Made by a program: the position numbers and the translations under genes. From positions 2,976,001 through 3,040,000 of the forward strand of contig JBHGNT010000003.1 of the NCBI GenBank assembly GCA_043228905.1: a stretch of 64,000 bases of DNA, in the 5' to 3' direction. The notes below the pieces were generated by a model. It had not been told where the DNA came from. It searched no databases and saw only the letters and a list, made by a program, of their open reading frames with translations. Origin of the DNA: Azolla caroliniana. Taxonomy: Eukaryota > Plantae > Polypodiophyta. This document shows, one piece after another, positions 12,223 through 25,324 of the stretch (the stretch's first letter is position 1; every line of letters begins with the position of its first letter).

Positions 12223-12230
12223 TATAAAAA
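12223..12230 (+). promoter_or_regulatory. TATA box upstream of DUF247 gene
   Basis: TATAAAAA ~80 bp upstream of the ATG, in conserved context shared with 7468. Confidence 0.7.
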
Positions 12231-12302
12231 GAGGAATGATACTTTGATCTTCTCCAAGAAAGTATCAGTTTAGAAGTAGTAGTAGCAGTTGCTGTTTAAG
12301 AG

Positions 12303-13817
12303 ATGGCTGAGAATATCAACAAGGAAACCAGACTTACAATCCAACCCAATGGGGTTGTGCATCCACATGAACCCATCCATACTAGCCATACAAACTACTC
12401 CATTCGGCAACTTGGCCAAGCCAAATGGATAGAAGCAATGACAACAAAGATCAATAATATTTCTACTGTTGCTGTTGAACCTACATCCAATTTGGAAAGC
12501 TTCAAGGAAGATTTGAAGATTCTTATGCCTCCCGATACATTCTTCAACACAAACAAAAACTCATATTGCCCTGGAAAACTGACCATCGGACCTTTGTATG
12601 CAAATCTTACGATCAATTCAAATTTTGATGAGACTAAGGCACTATGTGTGAAGAAATTCATGGAAAGACATGGGAAATCAGATGTGAGAGAGCTCGTAAA
12701 ACACCTTGTTCCTGGGCCTGATGATCTCAACAACCATTATTCAAACCTCGCCCACGATTGCATTGAGGCATTCCAACTTCTGGTCACTATCGATACCATC
12801 TTCATTCATGAGTTCTTGCTCTTTTTTAGCACCAGATATTCAAATTCCCAAGATAAGGAACACTACTATTTACCCAATTTCTTCAACAACAAAGTTAAAT
12901 GCAACCAAGACCCTACTATAAGTACTGACTACTTATACAATTTCTACAACAATGACCTCACATACAAGCAAGTATGGAGGGACTTGTTCTTGATGGGCAA
13001 CCAAATTCCAATGTCATTTCTGATGAAGATTGCAGAGTTTCCAAACACACCCGACATAAAAAGCAGAGAACTCCAGAAAGCATTGGTTGATATAGTTATG
13101 ACAAACACTCCATTCTCCATGGCCCTCCCAAAGAATGCTCAAATTCATGGCAATCATCTACTTGATTGCCAATATGTTCTGGTCACACAAGGATTACAAG
13201 AGTCTAGTAGTTTACTGAAACGAAAAGATACATGGCCGACAAATCAAGGAGCTGGCGGGCTAAAATCTAAACATCGTGATCGCCTGCCAACAGCATCTCA
13301 ACTCTCGACAGTCGGCATCCAGTTCAAGCCATGCAAAGGTAACATATCGGTGATGAATTATGACAAGAGAAAACTTCAGCTCGATCTTCCACGGCTTGTC
13401 GTGTATGAAGGCACGGAGGATGTGCTGAGGAACCTCCTTGCTCATGAACAAACCTCCAAAGGCGGACGTGAGTTTACTATGTATGCTGTCATCATGGACT
13501 CGCTCATAGACACATCAGAGGATCTAGCAATCTTGACTAAGGCACGGGTGATAGACAACCACCTCGGGGACGATGAGAGGTTGGTCAAGATGTGGAACAA
13601 TTTGCGCACCAACATCCCGATTCCAACCTGCGAAAGCTGGGACGGCATGATAGAAGATGTAATGCACCATTATCAGAGTCGTTGGCGTCCTGTGTATGTG
13701 GAGTTTCATGAAAAGTATTTTTCTCGCCCATGGTTGACAGCATCAGTCCTTGCCGCGATCCTACTCCTTGTCTTTACATTATTGCAGACGGTCTACACGA
13801 TCTTAGGCTATTACTAG
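12303..13817 (+). CDS. DUF247/UPF0481 family protein, intronless, C-terminal TM helix (504 aa)
   Basis: Motifs LTIGPLY, TIDTIFIHEFLL, DLFLMGNQIP, HLLD, RLPTASQLSTVGIQFK, LRNLLAHEQ, MDSLIDTSEDL, YFSRPWLTASVLAAILLL. Confidence 0.93.
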   Translation: MAENINKETRLTIQPNGVVHPHEPIHTSHTNYSIRQLGQAKWIEAMTTKINNISTVAVEPTSNLESFKEDLKILMPPDTFFNTNKNSYCPGKLTIGPLYANLTINSNFDETKALCVKKFMERHGKSDVRELVKHLVPGPDDLNNHYSNLAHDCIEAFQLLVTIDTIFIHEFLLFFSTRYSNSQDKEHYYLPNFFNNKVKCNQDPTISTDYLYNFYNNDLTYKQVWRDLFLMGNQIPMSFLMKIAEFPNTPDIKSRELQKALVDIVMTNTPFSMALPKNAQIHGNHLLDCQYVLVTQGLQESSSLLKRKDTWPTNQGAGGLKSKHRDRLPTASQLSTVGIQFKPCKGNISVMNYDKRKLQLDLPRLVVYEGTEDVLRNLLAHEQTSKGGREFTMYAVIMDSLIDTSEDLAILTKARVIDNHLGDDERLVKMWNNLRTNIPIPTCESWDGMIEDVMHHYQSRWRPVYVEFHEKYFSRPWLTASVLAAILLLVFTLLQTVYTILGYY

Positions 13818-15626
13818 TGGAACCTCTATATGAATCCTAAATAAGGAAGCTCAAACACAATCAAGTGAATGAGGTTTCTCTTCTTGATTCATTTTCGGGA
13901 CCTCATTTGACTTTATTACTTTATTTGTGTCTATTTGATTTCTAACCATGTGAGCTTTTATCATCGTGGAAAATTATCCTAAGAATCTTTGTGCTTACAA
14001 ATAAGAACATGGTGAGACATGGCATTGTATTTACGACACCTTGATTGGTGCTTAATCCAGTAATTATTTGTTACAAGGATTGTTAATGGGATTTAAGTGA
14101 CATTTGTAATAATAATAACATGATTGGTGTTTCACGCACTATTGAGTAATTATTTGTTACAAGGATTGTTAATGGGTTTTAAGTGACACTTATAATATTA
14201 ACTCATAATAGGTATCTTCATGTTTCTCAAACCTAGATAAAAAGTCTTCTTGAAAGTACCTCCTGTGTATAGTTATGCTAAATTACCCATGAGAACGTTG
14301 TGTTTAAAATCCTAATTCCCTAATATGAATATGGAACTTCAGAGACAATGGTAAGGAAGATTGATTATAGAATGTCCAAAGCAACCTCACAATTTATTAG
14401 TGAGTTTGTTGACTAAATGTGTATCTACTTAAATCCATTAATAGGACGCAAAAAGTAGTCTTAGTGGACCCCATGACCTAGCCTTCCCTTCACGGATGCC
14501 ACTTGCACATACTTTTTGTAAAATCTCATCCATCGGTCATTAATAATAACAGCAAATTGATAATAACTTTACCATTTCATCATCATCTCTTGATAGACTC
14601 ACTTGATCATGACATATTTGCTATTGCAACATATCCAATAGTTTTAATATCCCTTGACTTGAGGTTGCCTATCGTGATTGTTGGTTCTATGCACATCCCT
14701 CTACCTAGCTACATCTACCTACTCGGCTGCAAAAGCTCATCATCATGGAAAAAGACGCTTGACTCCCAAATCAAGTAGCTCACCTACCACTTGCTCACCA
14801 AAAGAGATTCCACATATTTGCATTCTTATCTCCGCCCAATGTTGGGCGAATTCCTACGCACAATGTTAACCATGCCGTCTAGGGATGGACTTTGCCAGAC
14901 TGATGTGGGGGAGGCTAGGAAGTGGTTCTAGCTGGAGTTTTTAAAATATTTAGTCTAATCTAGCTGGTTCACATTCTTCAAACTAGCTATTTTAGCCTCA
15001 TTTGACCTACACTATAGGAAAAGTTAACATTAAAAAGAAGTAGAAGTTTAGAAAAAGAAAATAAATCTTTAGTCGCCCCTTCTTTCGTTCTCTACATTTA
15101 TTTGATAAAAGGAAAATTGAATGTCACTAAATAGATTTATGGCTCAAAATCTCCCAAGACTCTTCCCATGTAATATCCCAAAATTAGGCCCAGAAACTTT
15201 GTTGGGTCTAACCGTTTCCAATGGTCATATACTTTGAATACTACTAGCTAACAAATACTTATTCGCACATTTGAAGATCTATCTGTCATTCTAGCATCAA
15301 CCATAAGTCTCTTCTAACAAAATTCTTCACACCACTTGTACAAATGTTCGCATAGATAATCGACATCATTAATGGGTTGATCTTCCCAGAGGTGATATTT
15401 AAGGTCAAAACGTTTGCCCAACACTCATCCTCTCTGTCCATTATAATCTCTACTAATAGAAAGTTGGAGGTATGGATTGTATTATCATCTCTAAATCTAC
15501 ATTTCCATATTGATATATCTTCTTCTAAGGGCAAGAACTCATAGAAGTGTGAAAACTTGAGGCGAGGTACTTGACCTACATGAAAGTATCAAGTCAGTGT
15601 CCATAGAAATAGAAGAAGTTTAAGAT

Positions 15627-16760
15627 ATGGGTGACAATACCAACAAGGAAATCAATCCTACACTTCAAACAGATATGGCCGAGCTTACCTCTTCTAGCCA
15701 TACAACCTCCCAGTTGGACAACTTCATCAACCAACTTCATCAAAGATGAATGGAGATGTTGCATGAAGGAAATCATCGATAATGCTTGTAGAATTGCACG
15801 TGACAGAACTTGGATAATTTCAAAGCCTCCCCAAGCATTCTGCAATACAAAGCCAATATCATATTATCATCAAGTGCTAACCATCCACCCATTGTGTCAA
15901 AGGCTAGAGAGTTTCCCTCATAATTGTAATCCATTATGTGTGAAGAGATTCATGGAAAGTCATGGGATATCCGATGTGATAGAGCCCATGCAACACCTCC
16001 TCCCTTACCTGCATGGCCTTAGCAACAACTATTTTGGCCTCCCCCGATACAGCTTGGATTCACTCCAACTTCAGTTCGCTGCCGATACCATCTTCATTCA
16101 TGAATTCTTGCTCTGTGTAAGGAATGATTGCAAGTGCCAACATAAGAAACGTGGGCTACATATACATTTTCTAGTTCAACAATGACTTCACATACAACCA
16201 AGTATAGAGGGACTTGACTTTGCTAGGCAACCAAATTTCCATGTCATTTCGAATGAAGATTTCAGAGTTCCCAAAAGAACCCGACTTCCCATCGGGTAAT
16301 CCAAAATTTTCCATGATCACTACCATTCTTGTCACATACAATCCATTCTTCAGGAGCCAACTTAATGCAAACTATTGGGTGCCAAACAGAAATTTTCTCA
16401 ATTGCAAGCATCCACTCGATTCACTCTATTTTTCCTGCACAAAAAACATTCCTGCAAGAATCTAGGAAACGATCTGTTTCTAAAGAATCCGCAAGCAAAT
16501 CTGTTAGTCCATGTTTCTCTATCCCTTACACATGGACAGGGTGCAAGTCATAGAGAACCACCAGAGGACCGACATGTGCATCAATGCCAAAGATCGGTCG
16601 ACATGACCCATTGGCTTGTTTAGTATATGGAGTGTCTGCGCACAAACTATTTTTTCTCGGCCATGGCTATGGATTTCGATCCTTGCGGCGTCTCTACTGC
16701 TCTGTATTGGCATTATTGCAGACAATCCACACAATCTTAGGTTGCTACCGAAAGCCCTAA
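15627..16760 (+). pseudogene. DUF247 pseudogene (frameshifts plus large internal deletion)
   Basis: Fragments WIISKPPQ, YYHQVLTIHPL, DTIFIHEFLL, LLGNQISMSF, HPLDSLYF and FSRPWL lie in different frames. The RLPTA...DERL block is missing near 16560. Confidence 0.9.
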
Positions 16761-18622
16761 ATTAGGATTACCTTAAACCCCTGGAGAAAAAAATAAAGAA
16801 GTTCAAGAGTTAAAAGCTTTGTTTAATGCATTTGGGCTATATTTTTTTTAGGGCCATATGTGAACTTCATAAGTTTGGAGGATGTAGTAGTAGATTTAAG
16901 TCACAAGTTGTATAATATTCTCTTCATTCTCAACATTTTGATGTTTGGAGCTTCTGAAGTCGTAACATTAATAAAAAGATGAGACGAAAGATCCTGAAAA
17001 CCTTCAAAAACATTAGCTATTGGGCCACAATGTAAATGGATCGCCTTTATGCACCACATAATCATGTGCTTCTCAGGTTCTCACAATTCCATGTTGTCAT
17101 ATATGAAATGTTACCTCATATGGTATGTTACATAAGAACTTGCACTTTTAAACTTATATTTACAAGCTTAAATCAATGGTGTTGATGTTGTATTTGCTAT
17201 AAAAACTCCTCACAATTTTAGTTTTAGGTCACCTAAAGTAATTGTTTGCTTCTTAACAATGTCTTTATGACATTGAAAACTTTTACTCAACACTTGGAAT
17301 GAAAATGATTCTATTGCCCTTTAAAAGCAAGGTTAATATGATTATGTTCATTGGTTGCCATAAAAATTATGGCTATTTTCACATTAGTGAATGGTTCGAG
17401 AGAAAACTTATAGTCATTGCAATGCATATATGCTTTTATGGCCCCTTCATTATAAAAGCTCTTCGTGCTTTTAGTTTGTGATCATGCACTAATAGTTTCC
17501 TCCTACACCATTTGTATTTATAACATTTTCATTTCTCATTTTTTTCATAACACTCCATCAACCCTAGTAAGGAATATGGCTTCCACCCCCTATAAATGGT
17601 CTAAATTCATCCTCACTAGGGGAACCCCATATATAAGCCTAGCACACCAACCTATCACATCCAAGGTAAGCTTATCAAAAGGCCCAAATGCAAAAAGTCG
17701 TAACACGATGTCGTGATATGGGAAATGCATAGGAGGAATTAAGTTAAATCAAGGATATGGAAAAGGTTGAGTGGTAGATCGAGGGTGTAATAAGACAGGT
17801 ACATTGTGAGTTGGAGTTTACTACAACAAAAAGGTTTAGCTCAATAGGTAAAAGCATGTGCTATGAGTGGGAGGCCAGATGTTCAAGTGGAACCATAGAA
17901 GATTAAGTGGATAAATTAATGTGATTGTAAACATCATGATAATCTTTTTGCTAAAATCAAACCAAAAGGAAAGGTAGGCCATGCAAGTAAAAAGAAGACA
18001 AGTGTGGATCACGCAAAAATAAAAAATAAAAACACCCACTTTTATTTGGGAGAGAGCCTCTTAAATCCTATATAAGTTTGAATTAGGGAGGGAAACAAAG
18101 TTAGAGATGAGAAAGTGTTGCCGAAATCTAAAAAGAGAAAGTTGGTGATCTTATCCTTTCTGTTTATTCCCGTCTTCTTCCTATCTTTCTTCTATTGCTT
18201 GTTCACTCCATGTAACAAAACCAAGAGATTTTCTCGTTGTATTTCCACCCTCATAAACTTATTCATGATTACAAAAAATGAATATAATATACTTTTCTCT
18301 TGTTTGTGTAAATCATTGTTTGAGTATCTAGTACAAAAGCTTCCCCATGAGGATCGTATTGGGATGTTCGGCTTAGAATTCCGAGCTCGGGAGATAGTGT
18401 TATGCGAACTTTGCACATGTACATGTTTAATTTCGTGAAAACACAAACAAAAATAACAGCTCATGAATTGAAAGCCAAGTGTTTGAGCATATATGTGATC
18501 GAGTCATGAACAATTCAACAATCCTAGATCATTATGAAAAGAATCTCAACATAGATCTCAAAATAAGCAAAATGAGAACTACAAGTGGTCTAGCTACCTA
18601 ATGGAAATTCCTTGTGATGAAA

Positions 18623-19277
18623 TGTTGGGAAACAGGTCCCTCCGGATGGGAAGGGAGAAGTACAGTGCCGATGAACGAACTCGGCCGAGGCCGAAACCGG
18701 ATGAGGAGTACCCAGCTACGGAGAGCCGGATGGTGCAGGCCCGGTATGAACCGGATGAGGAGTACCCGGCTACGGAGAGCCGGATGGTGCAGGCCCGGTA
18801 TGAACCGGATGAGGAGACATATTCGTAAATATGTTTCTGAGAGCCTATCGAGGCTACATTCGTAAATAGCCGAAAAGTCATATTAGTATAAATATGACTT
18901 AGGGCAAACTTTTAGTTATAGTAGTTGCCATTCTTCCTTGTTGGTGCAAGAAGAAGAGAGAGTGCGTAACTGTACAGAGAGAGAGAGAGAGAGAGACGAG
19001 GTCGTTGCCTCTGTTGTAACCGCCGCCTGTGGCGAAGATTTGTGAGCACGAGGTCGGTGCCTCAGTGAACTCACTGTTGTATATTCCTACATAGTGACAG
19101 TTTGCAGCCTGTGGGCTGCCGTGGTTTTTTCCCCTAGTTTGGGGTTTTCCACGTAAACATTATGTGTAACCTTTTCTCTCCTTTGTGTCGCGTGCATTTC
19201 GTTTCCTGTTTTCTGTGTATGAAAAGAATCTCGGTTGCGGCCGAGCTTTGTGCATAAGGGGCGTTGGGTTCCCGTCA
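18623..19277 (+). mobile_element. Solo LTR (same family as the 45109-50480 copia LTRs)
   Basis: TG...CA termini with a perfect 5-bp TSD TGAAA (18618-18622, 19278-19282). Shares CCGGATGAGGAGTACCC and GGGTTTTCCACGT motifs and carries an internal 54-bp tandem duplication. Confidence 0.9.
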
Positions 19278-19299
19278 TGAAAACCAATTTGCAAATTGT

Positions 19300-21288
19300 T
19301 GCCCGTAGGAGTGTACAGGGCAGTGTAAGGGTCAAAAACGATAAAGGGGTTGTGGTATATGTGTAATGTATACGAGTGTGAGTGAGGATAAATATTATGT
19401 CATATTATGTAACCATTATATGATGTACTATATAAACCTCTTATGGGGCATGTAATGAATATAGAACTTTTCCCTCTCATTTCTATGTCTCATTGTTTCT
19501 CTCTTTCTCTCTCTCTCCCTCACGCGTAACCTCCTTGGGAGGGGGGTGGGGTTGTTCTTGGCTCCAACCCCACCCATAAACATTGGTACACCCAAAAGGA
19601 CGACCCTCCCTTGAGAAGAAGTCTCTCTCTCCCTCTCTGCTCCTCTGTGTCTTTGTGTTGGTGTAGAAGGAATAGTGGGTGTTCCATGAGAGGAGCTTCT
19701 TCAATTTCCCCCACCCCACCCTTCCCTTGAGAGGAAGTACTCTGATTTCCCTGTGTCCTCAGAATGCCTTATTTCAGTACTTTAATAGACAACTCAAAGA
19801 TGTGGTTTTGTCATCCAAGGCTTAAGGAAAGGAAAGCTAAGGAGGAGGATCAAGAAGAAGAAGAAGAAGAAGAACAGAAGAATGACGACATGGATTAAGA
19901 AGTATCTGCAGAGGAATTAGAGCTTTGATCAAGTCATTCTCAAAATAACATATCTTAGATCTGCTTCACGAAGCAACAATTTCTAATTCTAGGGTTTTGT
20001 CAAAGATAAAGACGCTTTCGGACAAGGATATAGCACACATGAAGCTTTTCATTAGAGGATTAGGTTGGGAAATGACACCCGAAACCCTTAAATCGGTTTT
20101 CGCTCAGTATGGAAACATTGAAGAATGCTCTATGATCAAGGACAAGAACACAAGCAAGAGCAAAGGCTATGGTTTTGCCATGTTTTCTGACAAGTTCGCA
20201 GCTCAAAGAGCTTTAAAAGAACCTAGCAAAGTCATAGAAGAAAGTGTTGAGAGATCAAGCTCAAGTTAGTTTAGTTAGGTAGTCAACCATGTAACTTCAT
20301 AGTTACCTAGATAGAATCTAGTTAGAAGTGTTGACTATAACGCCTTAAATAGGATATGCTCTCATCATATACATGTCATCGGCATCAGCCAAAAAGACTC
20401 TGGAAGGGCCGGCCAGACGGCCACACAGCCGACGTCTGACAATCAATCAGACAACTGGTAGAGAGACGGTCGATGAAGGGAGACATCCTCGGACATACGG
20501 ATGGCCGGCTGGACAACCGTCAAGACGGCAACGATCGAGGTCCAGACAAATGGCGATGGTCACCATTGGACAACCAGTTGGACTGACGGTGACGGCCAAC
20601 GTTCGACATCCGGCGATAGACGGCCACAGACAGAGCCAACTAACCGGTCAGACAGCTAGCCGGAGAGGAGACGGTCAGACACAAAAATGGTCAGATGAAG
20701 AGCAAGATAAAAGGAGAGGAAGGAGAAGCAACAACAAATGAAGAAGAAGAAAGTAGTAAGGAGAAAGAGGAAAAGAGGAAAGAGGAGGAGGAAGAAGAAA
20801 GTGATGCCAAAGAGGAAAGAAGAAAAAGAAGACAGACTCAGCTAGACTACAGAGAAGAAGAAGATAGGACGAGTTGATTGGTGTGTGATCCAATTGAGAG
20901 GTGTGATGACCGAACAAGAATGTTCGGGTCAAGCAAGCTCTGATCGAAGTTATCGATTGTAGAGTTGTGATCCACTCAAGGGATTTCCGACTAACGAGAC
21001 AACTGATGGAGTTCTGATCGATGCATTGTCCCACATGCGTGCCATGTGTGCCCGTAGGAGTGTACGGGGTGGTGTAAGGGTCAAACATGATAAAGGGGTT
21101 GTGGTATATGTGTAATGTATACACGCATGAATGAGGATAAATATGTGTATGAACACATGCACAATTATGTGCATGTGTACAAGAATGTAACGGTCATATT
21201 ATGTAACCGTTATATGATGAACTATATAAACCCTCTATGGAGCATGTAATGAATAAAGAACTTTTCCCTCTCATTTCTGTGTATCATT

Positions 21289-21340
<52 letters not shown>

Positions 21341-21423
21341 CCTCACATGTAACCCCCTTGGGAGGAGGGTGGAGTCGTTCTGGGCTTCACCCCCCACCCA
21401 CAACACAAATGACACTCCTAACA
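19300..21423 (+). mobile_element. Two related LTR-like repeats (19300-19580; 20374-21423), probably Ty3/gypsy Tat-like
   Basis: 19301-19570 aligns with 21049-21400. The first copy is followed by TGGTACACCCAAAAGGAC, which resembles a tRNA-Arg PBS (TGGCACGCCCAGTGGGAC). No TSD found. Confidence 0.55.
19815..20240 (+). pseudogene. UBA2: UBP1-associated protein 2 (UBA2)-like RRM gene fragment
   Basis: KLFIRGLGWEMTPETLKSVFAQYG...DKNTSKSKGYGF...RALKEPSK matches UBA1/UBA2 RRM1. It is preceded in frame by LIKSFSK*HILDLLHEA and, further upstream, an acidic E-run. Contains a stop and a frameshift and is truncated after RRM1. Confidence 0.8.
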
Positions 21424-21689
21424 TAGTTGGCACTCGTGGAGAAACTCGTCGCAAAAACGAGAGGGTGATGTATGAATTCAACAATGGGTAGAGAACGCCC
21501 ATGCATGGCCTAGTATTACCATGGTTGGTAACTTGAACACTCCCCCACCCCCCCCCCAATGAAGCCAAGCATATAACTAATATTGTTGGATGCATATTAA
21601 AATCTATATGGTTGACCCCGCACTATAACAATATTGGGTGAGCATGAGTGTCATATATTTATCATGAGTTCTTGGTAAACTACATGCGA

Positions 21690-21925
21690 GTATGTAAGAA
21701 TGGTGAGTACAAAATATATATGTGGATTGAAGTAACAATATCTAAATACAAACATGATTTGGTATGTTGTTACATTCCTCGTATACAATCCAATTATTAT
21801 AATTTGTATGAACTAGATCAAAGCGATCCTTTTAAAAAATGTGTGTTCTCACATTCTTACATATGAGAAGATTGAAAAAGTATTGCTTGTGAAAGATTTT
21901 AATGCTAGAGTTGGAACTTATCAAA
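21690..21925 (+). mobile_element. LINE endonuclease (RTE/L2-like) remnant
   Basis: LVCCYIP and VLLVKDFNARVG (cf. APE motif GDFNARVG) in decayed frames. Confidence 0.5.
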
Positions 21926-22499
21926 ATATGAAAGTTGATAATAAGGTAATGGTGTCAACTTCAAAGCATGTGCCATAAGATTGATAATCTAAAGATTCTC
22001 AATGGCACTTTGTGTGTTTTCAATTTGGCCCATCCTCAATAATTCAAACCACATGCCCTTATACTTGCCCATTGCTACAAAAAACTCACACATTGACCAA
22101 GAGATTAGGATACACAAGGAAAAGAGGTACACTACAAGACTTCGCATATCAAATAACTAAACTCTATGAAAATGAGGTTGAGAATCATGTCATGAACCTC
22201 TCCATTAGTAAATATGTGAAAAAATAAGTTGGCAGCAATTGGCAGATGTCTTTCTCAAGGTAGAGTATCTATCAAAAGTGCACATGTAGGTGGACATCAA
22301 GTGATTGTTTTCCTATACGAATCTTAATTAACGTTAAAATAAGGAAGAAAGGGTGTTAGACCACCCAATCACCCCTAGCGAAGATGAGAGACGGAATTGA
22401 ATCCTTACCCTTTATTCCTTGTGAACTAAGCCCACACCTACTAATGTTAAGATTAAAGAACTATAGTTCATTATACCATACGATTTCGCTCAAAACATT

Positions 22500-23800
22500 T
22501 CCCATGTAATACTTAGTTCAAAAAATAAAACATACATACACGTTATTACCCTCGTTTTTTCCATATGCCATGAAACTCAAAACATTGTTGTTTTGCATGT
22601 TGGGTGTCACCCTTGATGTTATCCAAAGAACCTCCCTCGTAGATTATGCACAATCTTTGTCAAAATCACGGTAATTGTCCAAAGGGTTATATAATAATTT
22701 GATGATTATTCTACATCATCATCAAAGTAACCCAATAGAGTTAGTAATATCATGCATTACAAAAGAATCTAAAAGATCATCATCATAAATGCATGTCCAT
22801 TTTCAAATTAAATCCAACTATTCACAAACTTTCATGATTGATGAAATCTATGGCAATATGATATAGTGACTATTTCTAGTAACAGGTAAGTACTAAGGAC
22901 TTTTGTGAGTTAGCCTTCTAGAAATGTTTTTCAAGGACATGTACTCATCGGAATTACCTCCAAGGTTACACCTAACACTAAGTAGAAAATAAGTAACATG
23001 AATCGTTGTCAAAATAATAGTATGTTGAAATTAATCCAACGTTACCTTGGGTTAAAGCTTTTTGATGTTGCCCAATTTTCTTTATTAGTGATCTGAATGA
23101 AAATTCATAAAAATGTCTCCAAAGTCAGATTTGTATTTTATACATAATAACAACTAACGACGGGTTTAACGGTGTGCTTGTAATAAATTTCTCCATGTTT
23201 GTACTTTGATATCAAAGTTGTACTCTTCACAACATTAGTTTAAGATCATATTCACTAATACATTGCTCCTAAACGATGTACTTAGACAATGACAATATGC
23301 TCACTATTTGCCATAAAATTCATAACTCTTGTTTTGGCATTGTCCAATGTTTGAATAGTAAACTTATTGTTATTGCATTGCATAATTTGGCCCATTCATC
23401 ATAAAATCTCATGATTCGTGAATAATAACAACGCATTGATATCTTCTTCATTTTTCATTTCTCCCATTAAAGACATTGCTAATAAAGATCTTAACTAAAG
23501 CCTTCATTGTGCCATTATCCAAAGTTTGTTATCACTAACAATAAAAAGCAAAGTCGAATTTCCGCAAGGTACACATTATGAATCCATATGCATACAATAA
23601 ATAAGATGTCAATACTCAATACCATCAAGTGCACATATTTTCGAAATTTAAATCTTATTAATACTTTTTTATAAATGTTTGAAGATAGACAAATATATAT
23701 ATGGCAAAACTTCCACTTTGTGTTTGGAAATCTATAGATGACAATTCCTTTCGTAAAAGATAAAAGTCACATAAGCGCGCGCACAGGTACAAACTTCTAT
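22500..23800 (-). pseudogene. Highly decayed 2OG-Fe(II) dioxygenase-like gene (fungal/oomycete/bacterial-type family)
   Basis: Manual minus-strand translation gives, in order, HIVI/CLSTSFRSNVLV, HTVKPVVS (23153-23176), VGFNL..H and EVLWITS...FMAYG (22559-22635). These resemble family motifs LVV.LP..F.GG.L, HEV.PV.SG.R and V.W.T...YGNE. Many stops and frameshifts. Confidence 0.4.
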
Positions 23801-23869
23801 GTAAAAGAACAAATTCATTGGTTAAGCCATGATATCTAGGAAAAAGAACCACGACCAAATGGGAAATGG

Positions 23870-24025
23870 CATGACTCCCGTTGGCATCGCTTGTCTACAG
23901 AGTGTTATGAAAAGTTCTTTTCTCGGCCATGGTTAACGATATCGGTCATTGCGGCATCTGTACTGCTGTCAGCTTCAATATTTCAGATAGTCTATACAAT
24001 CATAGGTTTTTACAAAAGTAGCTGA
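23870..24025 (+). pseudogene. 3'-only DUF247 fragment (TM tail) with intact 3' flank
   Basis: Translates HDSRWHRLSTECYEKFFSRPWLTISVIAASVLLSASIFQIVYTIIGFYKSS*. Downstream 24040-24450 is homologous to the flanks at 920-1300 and 9690-10120. Confidence 0.88.
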
Positions 24026-24647
24026 AACCCCAGGCCAAAAAAATAAAGAAGCTCCATATAATCAAGTATTGAGCTTCGTTTATTCATTTGGGATTTCATT
24101 TTGGTTTATTAATTTAATTTGTTTCCTGTTATTTATGTATTTATGTATTTATAATCCACAATGGCTTTATGAACTTGTGGAAGATTATGTACTGCTGGTG
24201 AATCGCTTTCATGATTCATGTATTGATGGAAATCGATATTGTGGGAGTAAATCTAAGTAAATGTCGCAATGAAGTACTGAAGCACAATGTTTTCTTCATC
24301 ATCTTCTTCCTGATCCCCACGTTCATCAAACAACCTATAAGTTGAATACGATGGCAAAGAAATTGATTATAGAATGTCCAAATCAACCCGAATGCCATTA
24401 TTAGTTCTACTAGTCTCATGAACATACATACATACTTGTTACAAATAACAAATCACTGATGAATATAGATTTGAAGGATCAATTATCACAATAGGCAAGA
24501 CAGGAGGAACGGCTATAGATCTCAAATTTCCATTTCGTGATATGCTAAAGGCTGTTGATCTCCAAATTCCATTTTATGATATGCTATGTAATCGATATTC
24601 AGGGTACAACCAAAAACGGATTAGATGCACACAATCCCTTGAATCAT

Positions 24648-24900
24648 AAGCCTTCTGTCATCGCCAGATGTAATTGAGCTCTTTGTATGAAGAAATTCGT
24701 GTGAGAAGACATGGCATGGCATCTCCATTGCATTAGCAACATCGAGTTCAGCTTGGCATGCTCAAACTTTTGTCTACCTCCAACCTCTACTTCCTCTAAT
24801 TTCAAGATTATTGATTACTTCACCAATTTCTTGCTTTTGATGAGGAATTATTGAGCATCCTAAACTGAAGCTGGGTACGTCTCAATTCTCGCTTTTTCTC
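24648..24900 (+). pseudogene. Very decayed DUF247 internal relic
   Basis: CTTTGTATGAAGAAATTCGTGTGAGAAGACATGG resembles CTTTGTGTGAAGAAATTCATGAAAAGACATTGG (8452-8485). Related modules lie at 11375-11495 and 30013-30290. Confidence 0.6.
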
Positions 24901-25324
24901 CCCTAAAGGTAGCTCCACAGACTTACCTCATCATGTGAACCTAACGTTTGGGTGGTTCCAGACTGTCTCTGTTTGCTTATCTGGATATGGACACATGTTG
25001 TTATGGACAATTCTGTAACAAATGTTGTCATCGTAACAAATACCGGCATTGGTATTATCTACAAGCATTGATTTTGGCCAATTATTGGCTCGTTTTGACA
25101 GAGACTCTACCTAAATATACATTCGATATTAGTCTAACAAAATTGTTGAAATTAGGATTATCGAAAACCATAGAGAAACATAAAGTCTTAACAATACATG
25201 ATGTCTTAATATTAGTGGAAGTTTAATGGCTAACGGCCTACAATCATGGCAATCACTATGAGTATTTCCCAATGGTATTGGTGGGTTTTAATTGACATTG
25301 GCAGTAATGTAACTTGCATCATAA

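Noticed and set aside
17600-18620. Possible additional LTR with a degenerate PBS (TAGTACAAAAGC at ~18328)
   Set aside because: Boundaries, partner LTR and coding remnants could not be established.
18594-18881. Repeat-containing small ORFs (PDEEYPATESRMVQARYE x2)
   Set aside because: They lie in the U3 tandem repeat of a solo LTR; open in several frames; no coding signal.
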